Part shown: piece after piece, positions 34,301 through 49,300 of the stretch
How the letters are laid out: each line of letters starts with the position of its first letter
How positions within the stretch are numbered: position 1 is the stretch's first letter
NCBI RefSeq assembly: GCF_964355755.1
Contig: NC_092678.1
Location: 10,972,352-11,036,351, forward strand
Reading direction: 5' to 3'
DNA: 64,000 nt
Source of the DNA: Antedon mediterranea
Lineage: Eukaryota; Animalia; Echinodermata
The notes under the pieces: generated by a model
The model's database searches: none
What the model saw: only the letters and a program-made list of their open reading frames with translations
What the model was told of the DNA's origin: nothing
Position numbers and translations under genes: made by a program

Positions 34301-37300
34301 TGAAGCTTTTCTAAGCACTTTGGTGTTTTTATGTTAAAAAGTTTTTTCGAAAATCACAAAATGGTCTAAAACGTCTCCAAATGCGATTTGAAGCTTTTCT
34401 GTACACTTTGATGTTTTGTGTGAAAAAGTTTTGTCGAAATGCTCAAAATGGTCTAAAACGTTTTTAAAACGATATTAAGCTATTTTGTGCTCTTTGATGT
34501 TTTTGTATAACCAAGTTTTTTCGAAAATCACAAAATGGTCTAAAACGTCTCCAAATGCGATTTGAAGCTTTTCCAAACACTTTGCTGTTTTTATGTTAAC
34601 AAGTTTTTTCGAAAATCACAAAATGGTCTAAAACATCTCCAAATGCGATTTGAAGCTATTCTGTACCATTTGATGTTTTGTGTGAAAAAGTTTTGTCGAA
34701 ATGCTCAAAATGGTCTAAAACGTTTTTAAAATGATATTAAGCTATTTTGTGCTCTTTGATGTTTTTGTTTAACAAAGTTTCATCGAAATGAACAAAATGG
34801 TCTAAAACGTCTCCAAATGCGATTTGAAGCTTTTCCAAGCACTTTGCTGTTTTTATGTTAACAAGTTTTTTGAAAATCACAAAATGGTCAAAAACGTCTC
34901 AAAATGCGATTTGAAGGTATTCTGAGCACTTTGGTGTTTTTGTGTGAAAAGTTTTAACGAAATGCTCAAAATGGTCTAAAACGTTTTTAAAACGATATTA
35001 AGCTATTTTGTGCTCTTTGATGTTTTTGTGTAACCAAGTTTCATCGATATGAACAAAATGGTCTAAAACGTCTCCAAATGCGATTTGAAGCTTTTCTAAG
35101 CACTTTGGTGTTTTTATGTTAACAAGTTTTTTCGAAAATCACAAAATGGTCTAAAACGTCTCCAAATGCGATTTGAAGATATTCTGAGCACTTTGGTGTT
35201 TTTATGTCAAAAAGTTTTTTCGAAAATCACAAAATGGTCTAAAACGTCTCCAAATGTGATTTGAAGCTATTCTGTACACTTTGATGTTTTGTGTGAAAAA
35301 GTTTTGTCGAAATGCTCAAAATGGTCTAAAACGTTTTTAAAACGATATTAAGCTATTTTGTGCTCTTTGATGTTTTTGTGTAACCAAGTTTCATCGAAAT
35401 GAACAAAATGGTCTAAAACGTCTCCAAATGCGAATTGAAGCTTTTCCAAGCACTTTGCTGTTTTTATGTTAACAAGTTTTTTCGAAAATCACAAAATGGT
35501 CTAAAACGTCTCAAAATGCGATTTGAAGGTATTCTGAGCACTTTGGTGTTTTTGTGTGAAAAGTTTTAACGAAATGCTCAAAATGGTCTAAAACGGTTTC
35601 TAATGTGATTTTAAGCACTTTGATGTTTTTGTATAACCAAGTTTCATCGAAATGCACAAAATGGTCTAAAACGTCTCCAAATGCGATTTGAAGCTTTTCT
35701 AAGCACTTTGGTGTTTTTATGTTAAAAAGTTTTTTCGAAAATCACAAAATGGTCTAAAACGTCTCCAAATGCGATTTGAAGCTCTTCTGTACACTTTGAT
35801 GTTTTGTGTGAAAAAGTTTTTTCGAAATGCTCAAAATGGTCTAAAACGTTTTTAAATACGATATTAAGCTGTTTTGTGCACTTTGATGATTTGTGTGAAA
35901 AGTTTTAACGAAATGCTCAAAATGGTCTAAAACGGTTTCTAATGTGATTTTAAGCACTTTGATGTTTTTGTGTAACCAAGTTTTTTCGAAAATCACAAAA
36001 TGGTCTAAAACGTCTCCAAATGCGATTTGAAGCTTTTCTAAGCACTTTGGTGTTTTTATGTTAACAAGTTTTTTTCGAAAATCACAAAATGGTCTAAAAC
36101 GTCTCCAAATGCGATTTGAAGCTATTCTGTACACTTTGATGTTTTGTGTGAAAAAGTTTTGTCGAAATGCTCAAAATGGTCTAAAACGTTTTTAAAACGA
36201 TATTAAGCTATTTTGTGCTCTTTGATGTTTTTGTGTAACCAAGTTTCATCGAAATGAACAAAATGGTCTAAAACGTCTCCAAATGCGATTTGAAGCTTTT
36301 CCAAGCACTTTGCTGTTTTTATGTTAACAAGTTTTTTCGAAAATCACAAAATGGTCTAAAACGTCTCAAAATGCGATTTGAAGGTATTCTGAGCAATTTG
36401 GTGTTTTTGTGTGAAAAGTTTTAACGAAATGCTCAAAATGGTCTAAAACGGTTCTAATGTGATTTTAAGCACTTTGATGCTTTTGTATAACCAAGTTTCA
36501 TCGAAATGCTCAAAATGGTCTAAAACGTTTTTAAAACGATATTAAGTTATTTTGTGATCTTTGATGTTTTTGTGTAACCAAGTTTCATCGAAATGAACAA
36601 AATGGTCTAAAACGTCTCCAAATGCGATTTGAAGCTTTTGTGTAACCAAGTTTTTTTCGAAAATCACAAAATTGTCTAAAACGTCTCCGAATGCGATTTG
36701 AAGCTCTTCTGTACACTTTGATGTTTTGTGTGAAAAAGTTTTGTCGAAATGCTCAAAATGGTCTAAAACGTTTTTAAATACGATATTAAGCTGTTTTGTG
36801 CACTTTGATGATTTGTGTGAAAAGTTTTAACGAAATGCTCAAAATGGTCTAAAACGGTTTCTAATGTGATTTTAAGCACTTTGATGTTTTTGTGTAACCA
36901 AGTTTTTTCGAAAATCACAAAATGGTCTAAAACGTCTCAAAATGCGATTTGAAGGTATTCTGAGCACTTTGGTGTTTTTGTGTGAAAAGTTTTAAAGAAA
37001 GCTCAAAATGGTCTAAAACGGTACTAATGTGATTTTAAGCACTTTAATGTTTTTGTATAACCAAGTTTCATCGAAATGCACAAAATGGTCTAAAACGTGT
37101 CCAAATGCGATTTAAAGGTATTCTAGACACTTTGATGTTTTGTGTGAAAAACTTTTCTCGAAATGCTCAAAATGGTCTAAAACGTTTTTAAAACGATATT
37201 AAGCTATTTTGTGCTCTTTGATGTTTTTGTGTAACCAAGTTTCATCGAAATGAACAAAATGGTCTAAAACGTCTCCAAATGCGATTTGAAGCTTTTCCAA

Positions 37301-40300
37301 GCACTTTGCTGTTTTATGTTAACAAGTTTTTTCGAAAATCACAAAATGGTCTAAAACGTCTCCAAATGCGATTTGAAGGTATTCTGAGCACTTTGGTGTT
37401 TTTGTGTGAAAAGTTTTAACGAAATGCTCAAAATGGTCTAAAACGGTTCTAATGTGATTTTAAGCACTTTAATGTTTTTGTATAACCAAGTTTCGTCGAA
37501 ATGCACAAAATGGTCTAAAACGTGTCCAAATGCGATTTAAAGGTATTCTAGACACTTTGATGTTTTGTGTGAAAAAGTTTTCTCGAAATGCTCAAAATGG
37601 TCTAAAACGTTTTCCAATACCCTATTTGATGTTTTTGTGTAACCAAGTTTTTTCGAAAATCACAAAATTGTCTAAAACGTCTCCGAATGCGATTTGAAGC
37701 TCTTCTGTACACTTTGATGTTTTGTGTAAAAAAGTTTTGTCGAAATGCTCAAAATGGTCTAAAACGTTTTTAAATACGATATTAAGCTGTTTTGTGCACT
37801 TTGATGATCTGTGTGAAAAGTTTTAACGAAATGCTCAAAATGGTCTAAAACGTCTCCAAATGCGATTTAAAGCTATTCTAGAGACTTTGATGTTTTGTGT
37901 GAAAAGGTTTTCTCGAAATGCTCAAAATGGTCTAAAACGTCTCCAAATGCGATTTGAAGATATTCTGAGCACTTTGGTGTTTTTATGTTAAAAAGTTTTT
38001 TCGAAAATCACAAAATGGTCTAAAACGTCTCCAAATGCGATTTGAAGCTATTCTGTACACTTTGATGTTTTGTGTGAAAAAGTTTTAACGAAATGCTCAA
38101 AATGGTCTAAAACGGTTCTAATGTGATTTTAAGCACTTTGATGTTTTTGTATAACCAAGTTTCATCGAAATGAACAAAATGGTCTAAAACGTCTCCAAAT
38201 GCGATTTGAAGCTTTTCCAAGCACTTTGCTGTTTTTATGTTAACAAGTTTTTTCGAAAATCACAAAATGGTCTAAAACGTCTCAAAATGCGATTTTAAGG
38301 TATTCTGAGCACTTTGGTGTTTTTGTGTGAAAAGTTTTAACGAAATGCTCAAAATGGTCTAAAACGGTTCTAATGTGATTTTAAGCACTTTGATGTTTTT
38401 GTATAACCAAGTTTCATCGATATGAACAAAATGGTCTAAAACGTCTCCAAATGCGATTTGAAGCTTTTCTAAGCACTTTGGTGTTTTTATGTTAACAAGT
38501 TTTTTCGAAAATCACAAAATGGTCTAAAACGTCTCCAAATGCGATTTGAAGATATTCTGAGCACTTTGGTGTTTTTATGTTAAAAAGTTTTTTCGAAAAT
38601 CACAAAATGGTCTAAAACGTCTCCAAATGCGATTTGAAGCTATTCTGTACACTTTGATGTTTTGTGTGAAAAAGTTTTGTCGAAATGCTCAAAATGGTCT
38701 AAAACGTTTTTAAAACGATATTAAGCTATTTTGTGCTCTTTGATGTTTTTGTGTAACCAAGTTTCATCGAAATGAACAAAATGGTCTAAAACGTCTCCAA
38801 ATGCGATCTGAAGCTTTTCCAAGCACTTTGCTGTTTTTATGTTAACAAGTTTTTTCGAAAATCACAAAATGGTCTAAAACGTCTCAAAATGCGATTTGAA
38901 GGTATTCTGAGCACTTTGGTGTTTTTGTGTGAAAAGTTTTAACGAAATGCTCAAAATGGTCTAAAACGGTTCTAATGTGATTTTAAGCACTTTAATGTTT
39001 TTGTATAACCAAGTTTCATCGAAATGCACAAAATGGTCTAAAACGTCTCCAAATGCGATTTAAAGCTATTCTAGACACTTTGATGTTTTGTGTGAAAAAG
39101 TTTTCTCGAAATTCTCAAAATGGTCTAAAACGTTTTCCAATACCATATTAAGCTATTTTGTGCAATTTGATGTTTTTGTGTAACCAAGTTTTTTCGAAAA
39201 TCACAAAATTGTCTAAAACGTCTCCGAATGCGATTTGAAGCTCTTCTGTACACTTTGATGTTTTGTGTGAAAAAGTTTTGTCGAAATGCTCAAAATGGTC
39301 TAAAACGTTTTTAAATACGATATTAAGCTGTTTTGTGCACTTTGATGATTTGTGTGAAAAGTTTTAACGAAATGCTCAAAATGGTCTAAAACGGTTTCTA
39401 ATGTGATTTTAAGCTCTTTGATGTTTTTGTGTAACCAAGTTTTTTCGAAAATCACAAAATGGTCTAAAACGTCTCCAAATGCGATTTGAAGCTTTTCTAA
39501 GCACTTTGGTGTTTTTATGTTAACAAGTTTTTTCGCAAATCACAAAATGGTCTAAAACGTCTCCAAATGCGATTTGAAGATATTCTGAGCACATTGGTGT
39601 TTTTATGTTAAAAAGTTTTTTCGAAAATCACAAAATGGTCTAAAACGTTTCCAAATGCGATTTGAAGCTCTTCTGTATACTTTGATGTTTTGTGTGAAAA
39701 AGTTTTGTCGAAATGCTCAAAATGGTCTAAAACGTTTTTAAATACGATATTAAGCTGTTTTGTGCACTTTGATGATTTGTGTGAAAAGTTTTAAAGAAAT
39801 GCTCAAAATGGTCAAAAACGGTTTCTAATGTGATTTTAAGCACTTTGATGTTTTGTGTAACCAAGTTTTTTCGAAAATCACAAAATGGTCTAAAACGTCT
39901 CCAAATGCGATTTGAAGCTTTTCTAAACACTTTGGTGTTTTTATGTTAACAAGTTTTTTCGAAAATCACAAAATGGTCTAAAACGTCTCCAAATGCAATT
40001 TGAAGCTATTCTGTACACTTTGATGTTTTGTGTGAAAAAGTTTTGTCGAAATGCTCAAAATGGTCTAAAACGTTTTTAAAACGATATTAAGCTATTTTGT
40101 GCTCTTTGATGTTTTTGTGTAACCAAGTTTCATCGATATGAACAAAATGGTCTAAAACGTCTCAAAATGCGATTTGAAGGTATTCTGAGCACTTTGGTGT
40201 TTTTGGGTGAAAAGTTTTAACGAAATGCTCAAAATGGTCTAAAACGGTTTCTAATGTGATTTTAAGCACTTTGAAGTATTTGTACAAACAAGTTTCATCG

Positions 40301-43300
40301 AAATGCACAAAATGGTCTAAAACGTCTCCAAATGCGATTTGAAGCTTTTCTAAGCACTTTGGTGTTTTTATGTTTACAAGTTTTTTCGAAAATCACAAAA
40401 TGGTCTAAAACGTCTCAAAATGCGATTTGAAGATATTCTGAGCACTTTGGTGTTTTTATGTTAAAAAGTTTTTTCGAAAATCACAAAATGGTCTAAAACG
40501 TCTCCAAATGCGATTTGAAGCTCTTCTGTACACTTTGATGTTTTGTGTGAAAAAGTTTAGTCGAAATGCTCAAAATGGTCTAAAACGTTTTTAAAACGAT
40601 ATTAAGCTATTTTGTGCTCTTTGATGTTTTTGTGTAACCAAGTTTCATCGAAATGAACAAAATGGTCTAAAACGTCTCCAAATGCGATTTGAAGCTTTTC
40701 CAAGCACTTCGCTGTTTTTATGTTAACAAGTTTTTTCGAAACTCACAAAATGGTCTAAAACGTCTCAAAATGCGATTTGAAGGTATTCTGAGCACTTTGG
40801 TGTTTTTGTGTGAAAAGTTTTAACGAAATGCTCAAAATGGTCTAAAACGGTTTCTAATGTGATTTTAAGCACTTTGATGTTTTTGTATAACCAAGTTTCA
40901 TCGAAATGCAAAAAAATGGTCTAAAACGTCTCCAAATGCGATTTGAAGCTTTTCTAAGCACTTTGGTGTTTTTATGTTAACAAGGTTTTTCGAAAATCAC
41001 AAAATGGTCTAAAACGTCTCCAAATGCGATTTGAAGATATTCTGAGCACTTTGGTGTTTTTATGTTAAAAAGTTTTTTCGAAAATCACAAAATGGTCTAA
41101 AACGTCTCCAAATGCGATTTGAAGGTCTTCTGTACACTTTGATGTTTTGTGTGAAAAAGTTTTGTCAAAATGCTCAAAATGGTCTAAAACGTTTTTAAAA
41201 CGATATTAAGCTATTTTGTGCTCTTTGATGTTTTTGTATAACCAAGTTTTTTCGAAAATCACAAAATGGTCTAAAACGTCTCCAAATGCGATTTGAAGCT
41301 TTTCCAAGCACTTTGCTGTTTTTATGTTAACAAGTTTTTTCGAAAATCACAAAATGGTCTAAAACGTCTCAAAATACGATATTAAGCTGTTTTGTGCACT
41401 TTGATGATTTGTGTGAAAAGTTTTAACGAAATGCTCAAAATGGTCTAAAACGGTTTCTAATGTGATTTTAAGCACTTTGATGTTTTTATGTAGCCAAGTT
41501 TTTTCGAAAATCACAAAATGGTCTAAAACGTCTCCAAATGCGATTTGAAGCTTTTCTAAGCACTTTGGTGTTTTTATGTTAACAAGTTTTTTCGAAAATC
41601 ACAAAATGGTCTAAAACGTCTTCAAAAGCGATTTGAAGATATTCTGAGCACTTTGGTGTTTTTCTGTTAAAAAGTATTTTCGAAAATCACAAAATGGTCT
41701 AAAACGTCTCCAAAATGCGATTTGAAGCTATTCTGTACACTTTGATGTTTTGTGTGAAAAAGTTTTGTCAAAATGCTCAAAATGGTCTAAAACGTTTTTA
41801 AAACGATATTAAGCTATTTTGTGCTCTTTGATGTTTTTGTATAACCAAGTTTTTTCGAAAATCACAAAATGGTCTAAAACGTCTCCAAATGCGATTTGAA
41901 GCTTTTCCAAGCACTTTGCTGTTTTTATGTTAACAATTTTTTTCGAAAATCATAAAATGGTCTAGAACGTCTCCAAATGCGATTTGAAGCTATTCTGTAC
42001 ACTTTGATGTTTTGTGTGAAAAAGTTTTGTCGAAATTCTCAAAATGGTCTAAAACGTTTTTAAAACGATATTAAGCTATTTTGTGCTCTTTGATGTTTTT
42101 GTGTAACCAAGTTTCATCGAAATGAACAAAATGGTCTAAAACGTCTCCAAATGCGATTTCAAGCTTTTCTAAGCACTTTGGTGTTTTTATGTTAACAAGT
42201 TTTTTCGAAAATCACAAAATGGTCTAAAACGTCTCTAAATGCGATTTGAAGATATTCTGAGCACTTTGCTGTTTTTATGTTAACAAGTTTTTTCGAAAAT
42301 CACAAAATGGTCTAAAACGTCTCAAAATGCGATTTGAAGGTATTCTGAGCACTTTGGTGTTTTTGTGTGAAAAGTTTTAACGAAATGCTCAAAATGGTCT
42401 AAAACGGTTCTAATGTGATTTTAAGCACTTTGATGTTTTTGTATAACCAAGTTTCATCGAAATGCACAAAATGGTCTAAAACGTCTCCAAATGCGATTTA
42501 AAGCTATTCTAGACACTTTGATGTTTTGTGTGAAAAAGTTTTCTCGAAATTCTCAAAATGGTCTAAAACGTTTTCCAATACCATATTAAGCTATTTTGTG
42601 CAATTTGATGTTTTTGTGTAACCAAGTTTTTTCGAAAATCACAAAATTGTCTAAAACGTCTCCGAATGCGATTTAAAGCTCTTCTGTACACTTTGATGTT
42701 TTGTGTGAAAAAGTTTTGTCGAAATGCTCAAAATGGTCTAAAACGTTTTTAAATACGATATTAAGCTGTTTTGTGCACTTTGATGATTTGTGTGAAAAGT
42801 TTTAACGAAATGCTCAAAATGGTCTAAAACGGTTTCTAATGTGATTTTAAGCTCTTTGATGTTTTTGTGTAACCAAGTTTTTTCGAAAATCACAAAATGG
42901 TCTAAAACGTCTCCAAATGCGATTTGAAGCTTTTCTAAGAACTTTGGTGTTTTTATGTTAACAAGTTTTTTCGAAAATCACAAAATGGTCTAAAACGTCT
43001 CTAAATGCGATTTGAAGATATTCTGAGCACTTTGGTGTTTTTATGTTAAAACGTTTTTTCGAAAATCACAAAATGGTCTAAAACGTCTCCAAATGCGATT
43101 TGAAGCTATTCTGTACACTTTGATGTTTTGTGTGAAAAAGTTTTAACGAAATGCTCAAAATGGTCTAAAACGGTTCTAATGTGATTTTAAGCACTTTGAT
43201 GTTTTTGTATAACCAAGTTTCATCGAAATGAACAAAATGGTCTAAAACGTCTCCAAATGCGATTTGAAACTTTTCCAAGCACTTTGCTGTTTTTATGTTA

Positions 43301-46300
43301 ACAAGTTTTTTCGAAAATCACAAAATGGTCTAAAACGTCTCAAAATGCGATTTGAAGGTATTATGAGCACTTTGGTGTTTTTGTGTGAAAAGTTTTAACG
43401 AAATGCTCAAAATGGTCTAAAACGGTTCTAATGTGATTTTAAGCACTTTGATGTTTTTGTATAACCAAGTTTCATCGAAATGCACAAAATGGTCTAAAAC
43501 GTCTCCAAATGCGATTTAAAACTATTCTAGACACTTTGATGTTTTGTGTGAAAAAGTTTTTCTCGAAATGCTCAAAATGGTCTAAAACGTTTTCCAATAC
43601 CATATTAAGCTATTTTGTGCAATTTGATGTTTTTGTGTAACCAAGTTTTTTGAAATGCGATTTGAAGATATTCTGAGCACTTTGGTGTTTTTATGTTTAA
43701 AAGTTTTTTCGAAAATCACAAAATGGTCTAAAACGTCTCCAAATGCGATTTGAAGCTATTCTGTACACTTTGATGTTTTGTGTGAAAAAGTTTTAACGAA
43801 ATGCTCAAAATGGTCTAAAACGGTTCTAATGTGATTTTAAGCACTTTGATGTTTTTGTATAACCAAGTTTTTTCGAAAATCACAAAATGGTCTAAAACGT
43901 CTCCAAATGCGATTTGAAGCTTTTCCAAGTACTTTGCTGTTTTTATGTTAACAAGTTTTTTCGAAAATCACAAAATGGTCTAAAACGTCTCAAAATGCGA
44001 TTTGAAGGTATTATGAGCACTTTGGTGTTTTTGTGTGAAAAGTTTTAACGAAATGCTCAAAATGGTCTAAAACGGTTCTAATGTGATTTTAAGCACTTTG
44101 ATGTTTTTGTATAACCAAGTTTCATCGAAATGCACAAAATGGTCTAAAACGTCTCCAAATGCGATTTAAAGCTATTCTAGACACTTTGATGTTTTGTGTG
44201 AAAAAGTTTTCTCGAAATGCTCAAAATGGTCTAAAACGTTTTCCAATACCATATTAAGCTATTTTGTGCAATTTGATGTTTTTGTGTAACCAAGTTTTTT
44301 GAAATGCGATTTGAAGATATTCTGAGCACTTTGGTGTTTTTATGTTAAAAAGTTTTTTCGAAAATCACAAAATGGTCTAAAACGTCTCCAAATGCGATTT
44401 GAAGCTATTCTGTACACTTTGATGTTTTGTGTGAAAAAGTTTTAACGAAATGCTCAAAATGGTCTAAAACGGTTTCTAATGTGATTTTAAGCACTTTGAT
44501 GTTTTTGTGTAACCAAGTTTTTTCGAAAATCACAAAATGGTCTAAAACTTCTCCAAATGCGATTTGAAGCTTTTCTAAGCACTTTGGTGTTTTTATGTTA
44601 AAAAGTTTTTTCGAAAATCACAAAATGGTCTAAAACGTCTCCAAATGCGATTTGAAGCTATTCTGTACACTTTGATGTTTTGTGTGAAAAAGTTTTGTCG
44701 AAATGCTCAAAATGGTCTAAAACGATTTTAAAACGATATTAAGCTATTTTGTGCTCTTTGATGTTTTTGTGTAACCAAGTTTCATCGATATGAACAAAAT
44801 GGTCTAAAACGTCTCCAAATGCGATTTGAAGCTTTTCAAAGCACTTTGGTGTTTTTATGTTAACAAGTTTTTTCGAAAATCACAAAATGGTCTAAAACGT
44901 CTCCAAATGCGATTTGAAGATATTCTGAGCACTTTGGTGTTTTTATGTTAAAAAGTTTTTTCGAAAATCACAAAATGGTCTAAAACGTCTCCAAATGCGA
45001 TTTGAAGCTATTCTGTACACTTTGATGTTTTGTGTGAAAAAGTATTGTCGAAATGCTCAAAATGGTCTAAAACGTTTTTAAAACGATATTAAGCTATTTT
45101 GTGCTCTTTGATGTTTTTGTATAACCAAGTTTTTTCGAAAATCACAAAATGGTCTAAAACGTCTCCAAATGCGATTTGAAGCTTTTCTAAGCACTTTGGT
45201 GTTTTTATGTTAACAAGTTTTTTCGAAAATCACAAAATGGTCTAAAACGTCTCCAAATGCGATTTGAAGATATTCTGAGCACTTTGGTGTTTTTATGTTA
45301 AAAAGTTTTTTCCAAAATCACAAAATGGTCTAAAACGTCTCCAAATGCGATTTGAAGCTATTCTGTACACTTTGATGTTTTGTGTGAAAAAGTTTTGTCG
45401 AAATGCTCAAAATGGTCTAAAACGTTTTTAAAACGATATTAAGCTATTTTGTGCTCTTTGATGTTTTTGTGTAACCAAGTTTCATCGATATGAACAAAAT
45501 GGTCTAAAACGTCTCCAAATGCGATTTGAAGCTTTTCCAAGCACTTTGCTGTTTTTATGTTAACAAGTTTTTTCGAAAATCACAAAATGGTCTAAAACGT
45601 TTCCAAATGCGATTTGAAGATATTCTGAGCACTTTGGTGTTTTTATGTTAAAAATTTTTTTCGAAAATCACAAAATGGTCTAAAACGTCTCCAAATGCGA
45701 TTTGAAGCTATTCTGTACACTTTGATGTTTTGTGTGAAAAAGTTTTTTCGAAATGCTCAAAATGGTCTAAAACGTTTTTAAAACGATATTAAGCTATTTT
45801 GTGCTCTTTGATGTTTTTGTGTAACCAAGTTTCATCGAAATGAACAAAATGGTCTAAAACGTCTCCAAATGCGATTTGAAGCTTTTCCAAGCACTTTGCT
45901 GTTTTTATGTTAACAAGTTTTTTCGAAAATCACAAAATGGTCTAAAACGTCTCAAAATGCGATTTGAAGGTATTCTGAGCACTTTGGTGTTTTTGTGTGA
46001 AAAGTTTTAACGAAATGCTCAAAATGGTCTAAAACGGTTCTAATGTGATTTTAAGCACTTTGATGTTTTTGTATAACCAAGTTTCATCGAAATGCACAAA
46101 ATGGTCTAAAACGTCTCCAAATGCGATTTAAAGCTATTCTAGACACTTTGATGTTTTGTGTGAAAAAGTTTTCTCGAAATGCTCAAAATGGTCTAAAACG
46201 TCTCCAAATGCGATTTGAAGATATTCTGAGCACTTTGGTGTTTTTATGTTAAAAAGTTTTTTCGAAAATCACAAAATGGTCTAAAACGTCTCCAAATGCG

Positions 46301-49300
46301 ATTTGAAGCTATTCTGTACACTTTGATGTTTTGTGTGAAAAAGTTTTGTCGAAATGCTCAAAATGGTCTAAAACGTTTTTAAAACGATATTAAGCTATTT
46401 TGTGCTCTTTGATGTTTTTGTGTAACCAAGTTTCATCGATATGAACAAAATGGTCTAAAACGTCTCCAAATGCGATTTGAAGCTTTTCCAAGCACTTTGC
46501 TGTTTTTATGTTAACAAGTTTTTTCGAAAATCACAAAATGGTCTAAAACGTCTCAAAATGCGATTTGAAGGTATTCTGAGCACTTTGGTGTTTTTTTGTG
46601 AAAAGTTTTAACGAAATGCTCAAAATGGTCTAAAACGGTTTCTAATGTGATTTTAAGCACTTTGATGCTTTTGTATAACCAAGTTTCATCGAAATGCACA
46701 AAATGGTCTAAAACGTCTCCAAATGCGATTTAAAGCTATTCTAGACACTTTGATGTTTTGTGTGAAAAAGTTTTCTCGAAATGCTCAAAATGGTCTAAAA
46801 CGTCTCCAAATGCGATTTGAAGATATTCTGAGCACTTTGGTGTTTTTATGTTAAAAAGTTTTTTCGAAAATCACAAAATGGTCTAAAACGTCTCCAAATG
46901 CGATTTGAAGCTATTCTGTACACTTTGATGTTTTGTGTGAAAAAGTTTTGTCGAAATGCTCAAAATGGTCTAAAACGTTTTTAAAACGATATTAAGCTAT
47001 TTTGTGCTCTTTGATGTTTTTGTGTAACCAAGTTTCATCGATATGAACAAAATGGTCTAAAACGTCTCCAAATGCGATTTGAAGCTTTTCCAAGCACTTT
47101 GCTGTTTTTATGTTAACAAGTTTTTTCGAAAATCACAAAATGGTCTAAAACGTCTCAAAATGCGATTTGAAGGTATTCTGAGCACTTTGGTGTTTTTTTG
47201 TGAAAAGTTTTAACGAAATGCTCAAAATGGTCTAAAACGGTTTCTAATGTGATTTTAAGCACTTTGATGCTTTTGTATAACCAAGTTTCATCGAAATGCA
47301 CAAAATGGTCTAAAACGTCTCCAAATGCGATTTAAAGCTATTCTAGACACTTTGATGTTTTGTGTGAAAAAGTTTTCTCGAAATGCTCAAAATGGTCTAA
47401 AACGTTTTCCAATACCATATTAAGCTATTTTGTGCAATTTGATGTTTTTGTGTAACCAAGTTTTTTCGAAAATCACAAAATTGTCTAAAACGTCTCCGAA
47501 TGCGATTTGAAGCTCTTCTGTACACTTTGATGTTTTGTGTGAACAAGTTTTGTCGAAATGCTCAAAATGGTCTAAAACGTTTTTAAATACGATATTAAGC
47601 TGTTTTGTGCACTTTGATGTTTTTGTGTAACCAAGTTTCATCGAAATGATCAAAATGGTCTAAAACGTCTCCAAATGCGATTTGAAGCTTTTCCAAGCAC
47701 TTTGCTGTTTTTATGTTAACAAGTTTTTTCGAAAATCACAAAATGGTCTAAAACGTCTCAAAATGCGATTTGAAGGTATTCTGAGCACTTTGGTGTTTTT
47801 GTGAGAAAAGTTTTAACGAAATGCTCAAAATGGTCTAAAACGGTTTCTAATGTGATTTTAAGCACTTTGATGTTTTTGTATAACCAAGTTTCATCGAAAT
47901 GCACAAAATGGTCTAAAACGTCTCCAAATGCGATTTGAAGCTTTTCTAAGCACTTTGGTGTTTTTATGTTAAAAAGTTTTTTCGAAAATCACAAAATGGT
48001 CTAAAACGTCTCCAAATGCGATTTGAAGCTCTTCTGTACACTTTGATGTTTTGTGTGAAAAAGTTTCATCGAAATGCACAAAATGGTCTAAAACGTCTCC
48101 AAATGCGATTTAAAGCTATTCTAGACACTTTGATGTTTTGTGTGAAAAAGTTTTCTCGAAATGCTCAAAATGGTCTAAAACGTCTCTAAATGCGATTTGA
48201 AGATATTCTGAGCACTTTGGTGTTTTTATGTTAAAAAGTTTTTTCGAAAATCACAAATTGGTCTAAAACGTCTCCAAATGCGATTTGAAGCTATTCTGTA
48301 CACTTTGATGTTTTGTGTGAAAAAGTTTTGTCGAAATGCTCAAAATGGTCTAAAACGTTTTTAAAACGATATTAAGCTATTTTGTGCTCTTTGATGTTTT
48401 TGTATAACCAAGTTTTTTCGAAAATCACAAAATGGTCTAAAACGTCTCCAAATGCGATTTGAAGCTTTTCCAAGCACTTTGCTGATTTTATGTTAACAAG
48501 TTTTTTCGAAAATCACAAAATGGTCTAAAACGTCTCAAAATGCGATTTGAAGGTATTCTGAGCACTTTAGTGTTTTTGTGTGAAAAGTTTTAACGAAATG
48601 CTCAAAATGGTCTAAAACGGTTTCTAATGTGATTTTAAGCACTTTGATGTTTTTGTATAACCAAGTTTCATCGAAATGCACAAAATGGTCTAAAACGTCT
48701 CCAAATGCGATTTAAAGCTATTCTAGAAACTTTGATGTTTTGTGTGAAAAAGTTTTCTCGAAATGCTCAAAATGGTCTAAAACGTCTCCAAATGCGATTT
48801 GAAGATATTCTGAGCACTTTGGTGTTTTTATGTTAAAAAGTTTTTTCGAAAATCACAAAATGGTCTAAAACGTCTCCAAATGCGATTTGAAGCTATTCTG
48901 TACACTTTGATGTTTTGTGTGAAAAAGTTTTGTCGAAATGCTCAAAATGGTCTAAAACGTTTTTAAATACGATATTAAGCTTTTTTGTGCACTTTGATGA
49001 TTTGTGTGAAAAGTTTTAACGAAATGCTCAAAATGGTCTAAAACGGTTTCTAATGTGATTTTAAGCTCTTTGATGTTTTTGTGTAACCAAGTTTTTTTTC
49101 GAAAATCACAAAATGGTCTAAAACGTCTCCAAATGCGATTTGAAGCTTTTCTAAGCACTTTGTTATTTTTATGTTAACAAGTTTTTTCGAAAATCACAAA
49201 ATGGTCTAAAACGTCTCCAAATGCGATTTGAAGATATTCTGAGCACTTTGGTGTTTTTATGTTAAAAAGTTTTTTCGAAAATCACAAAATGGTCTAAAAC

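Noticed and set aside
22317-49158. Many 60-97-aa ORFs in the 88-bp satellite (also 3055-3246)
   Set aside because: They are chance open frames through tandem monomers, giving repetitive translations with no protein features.
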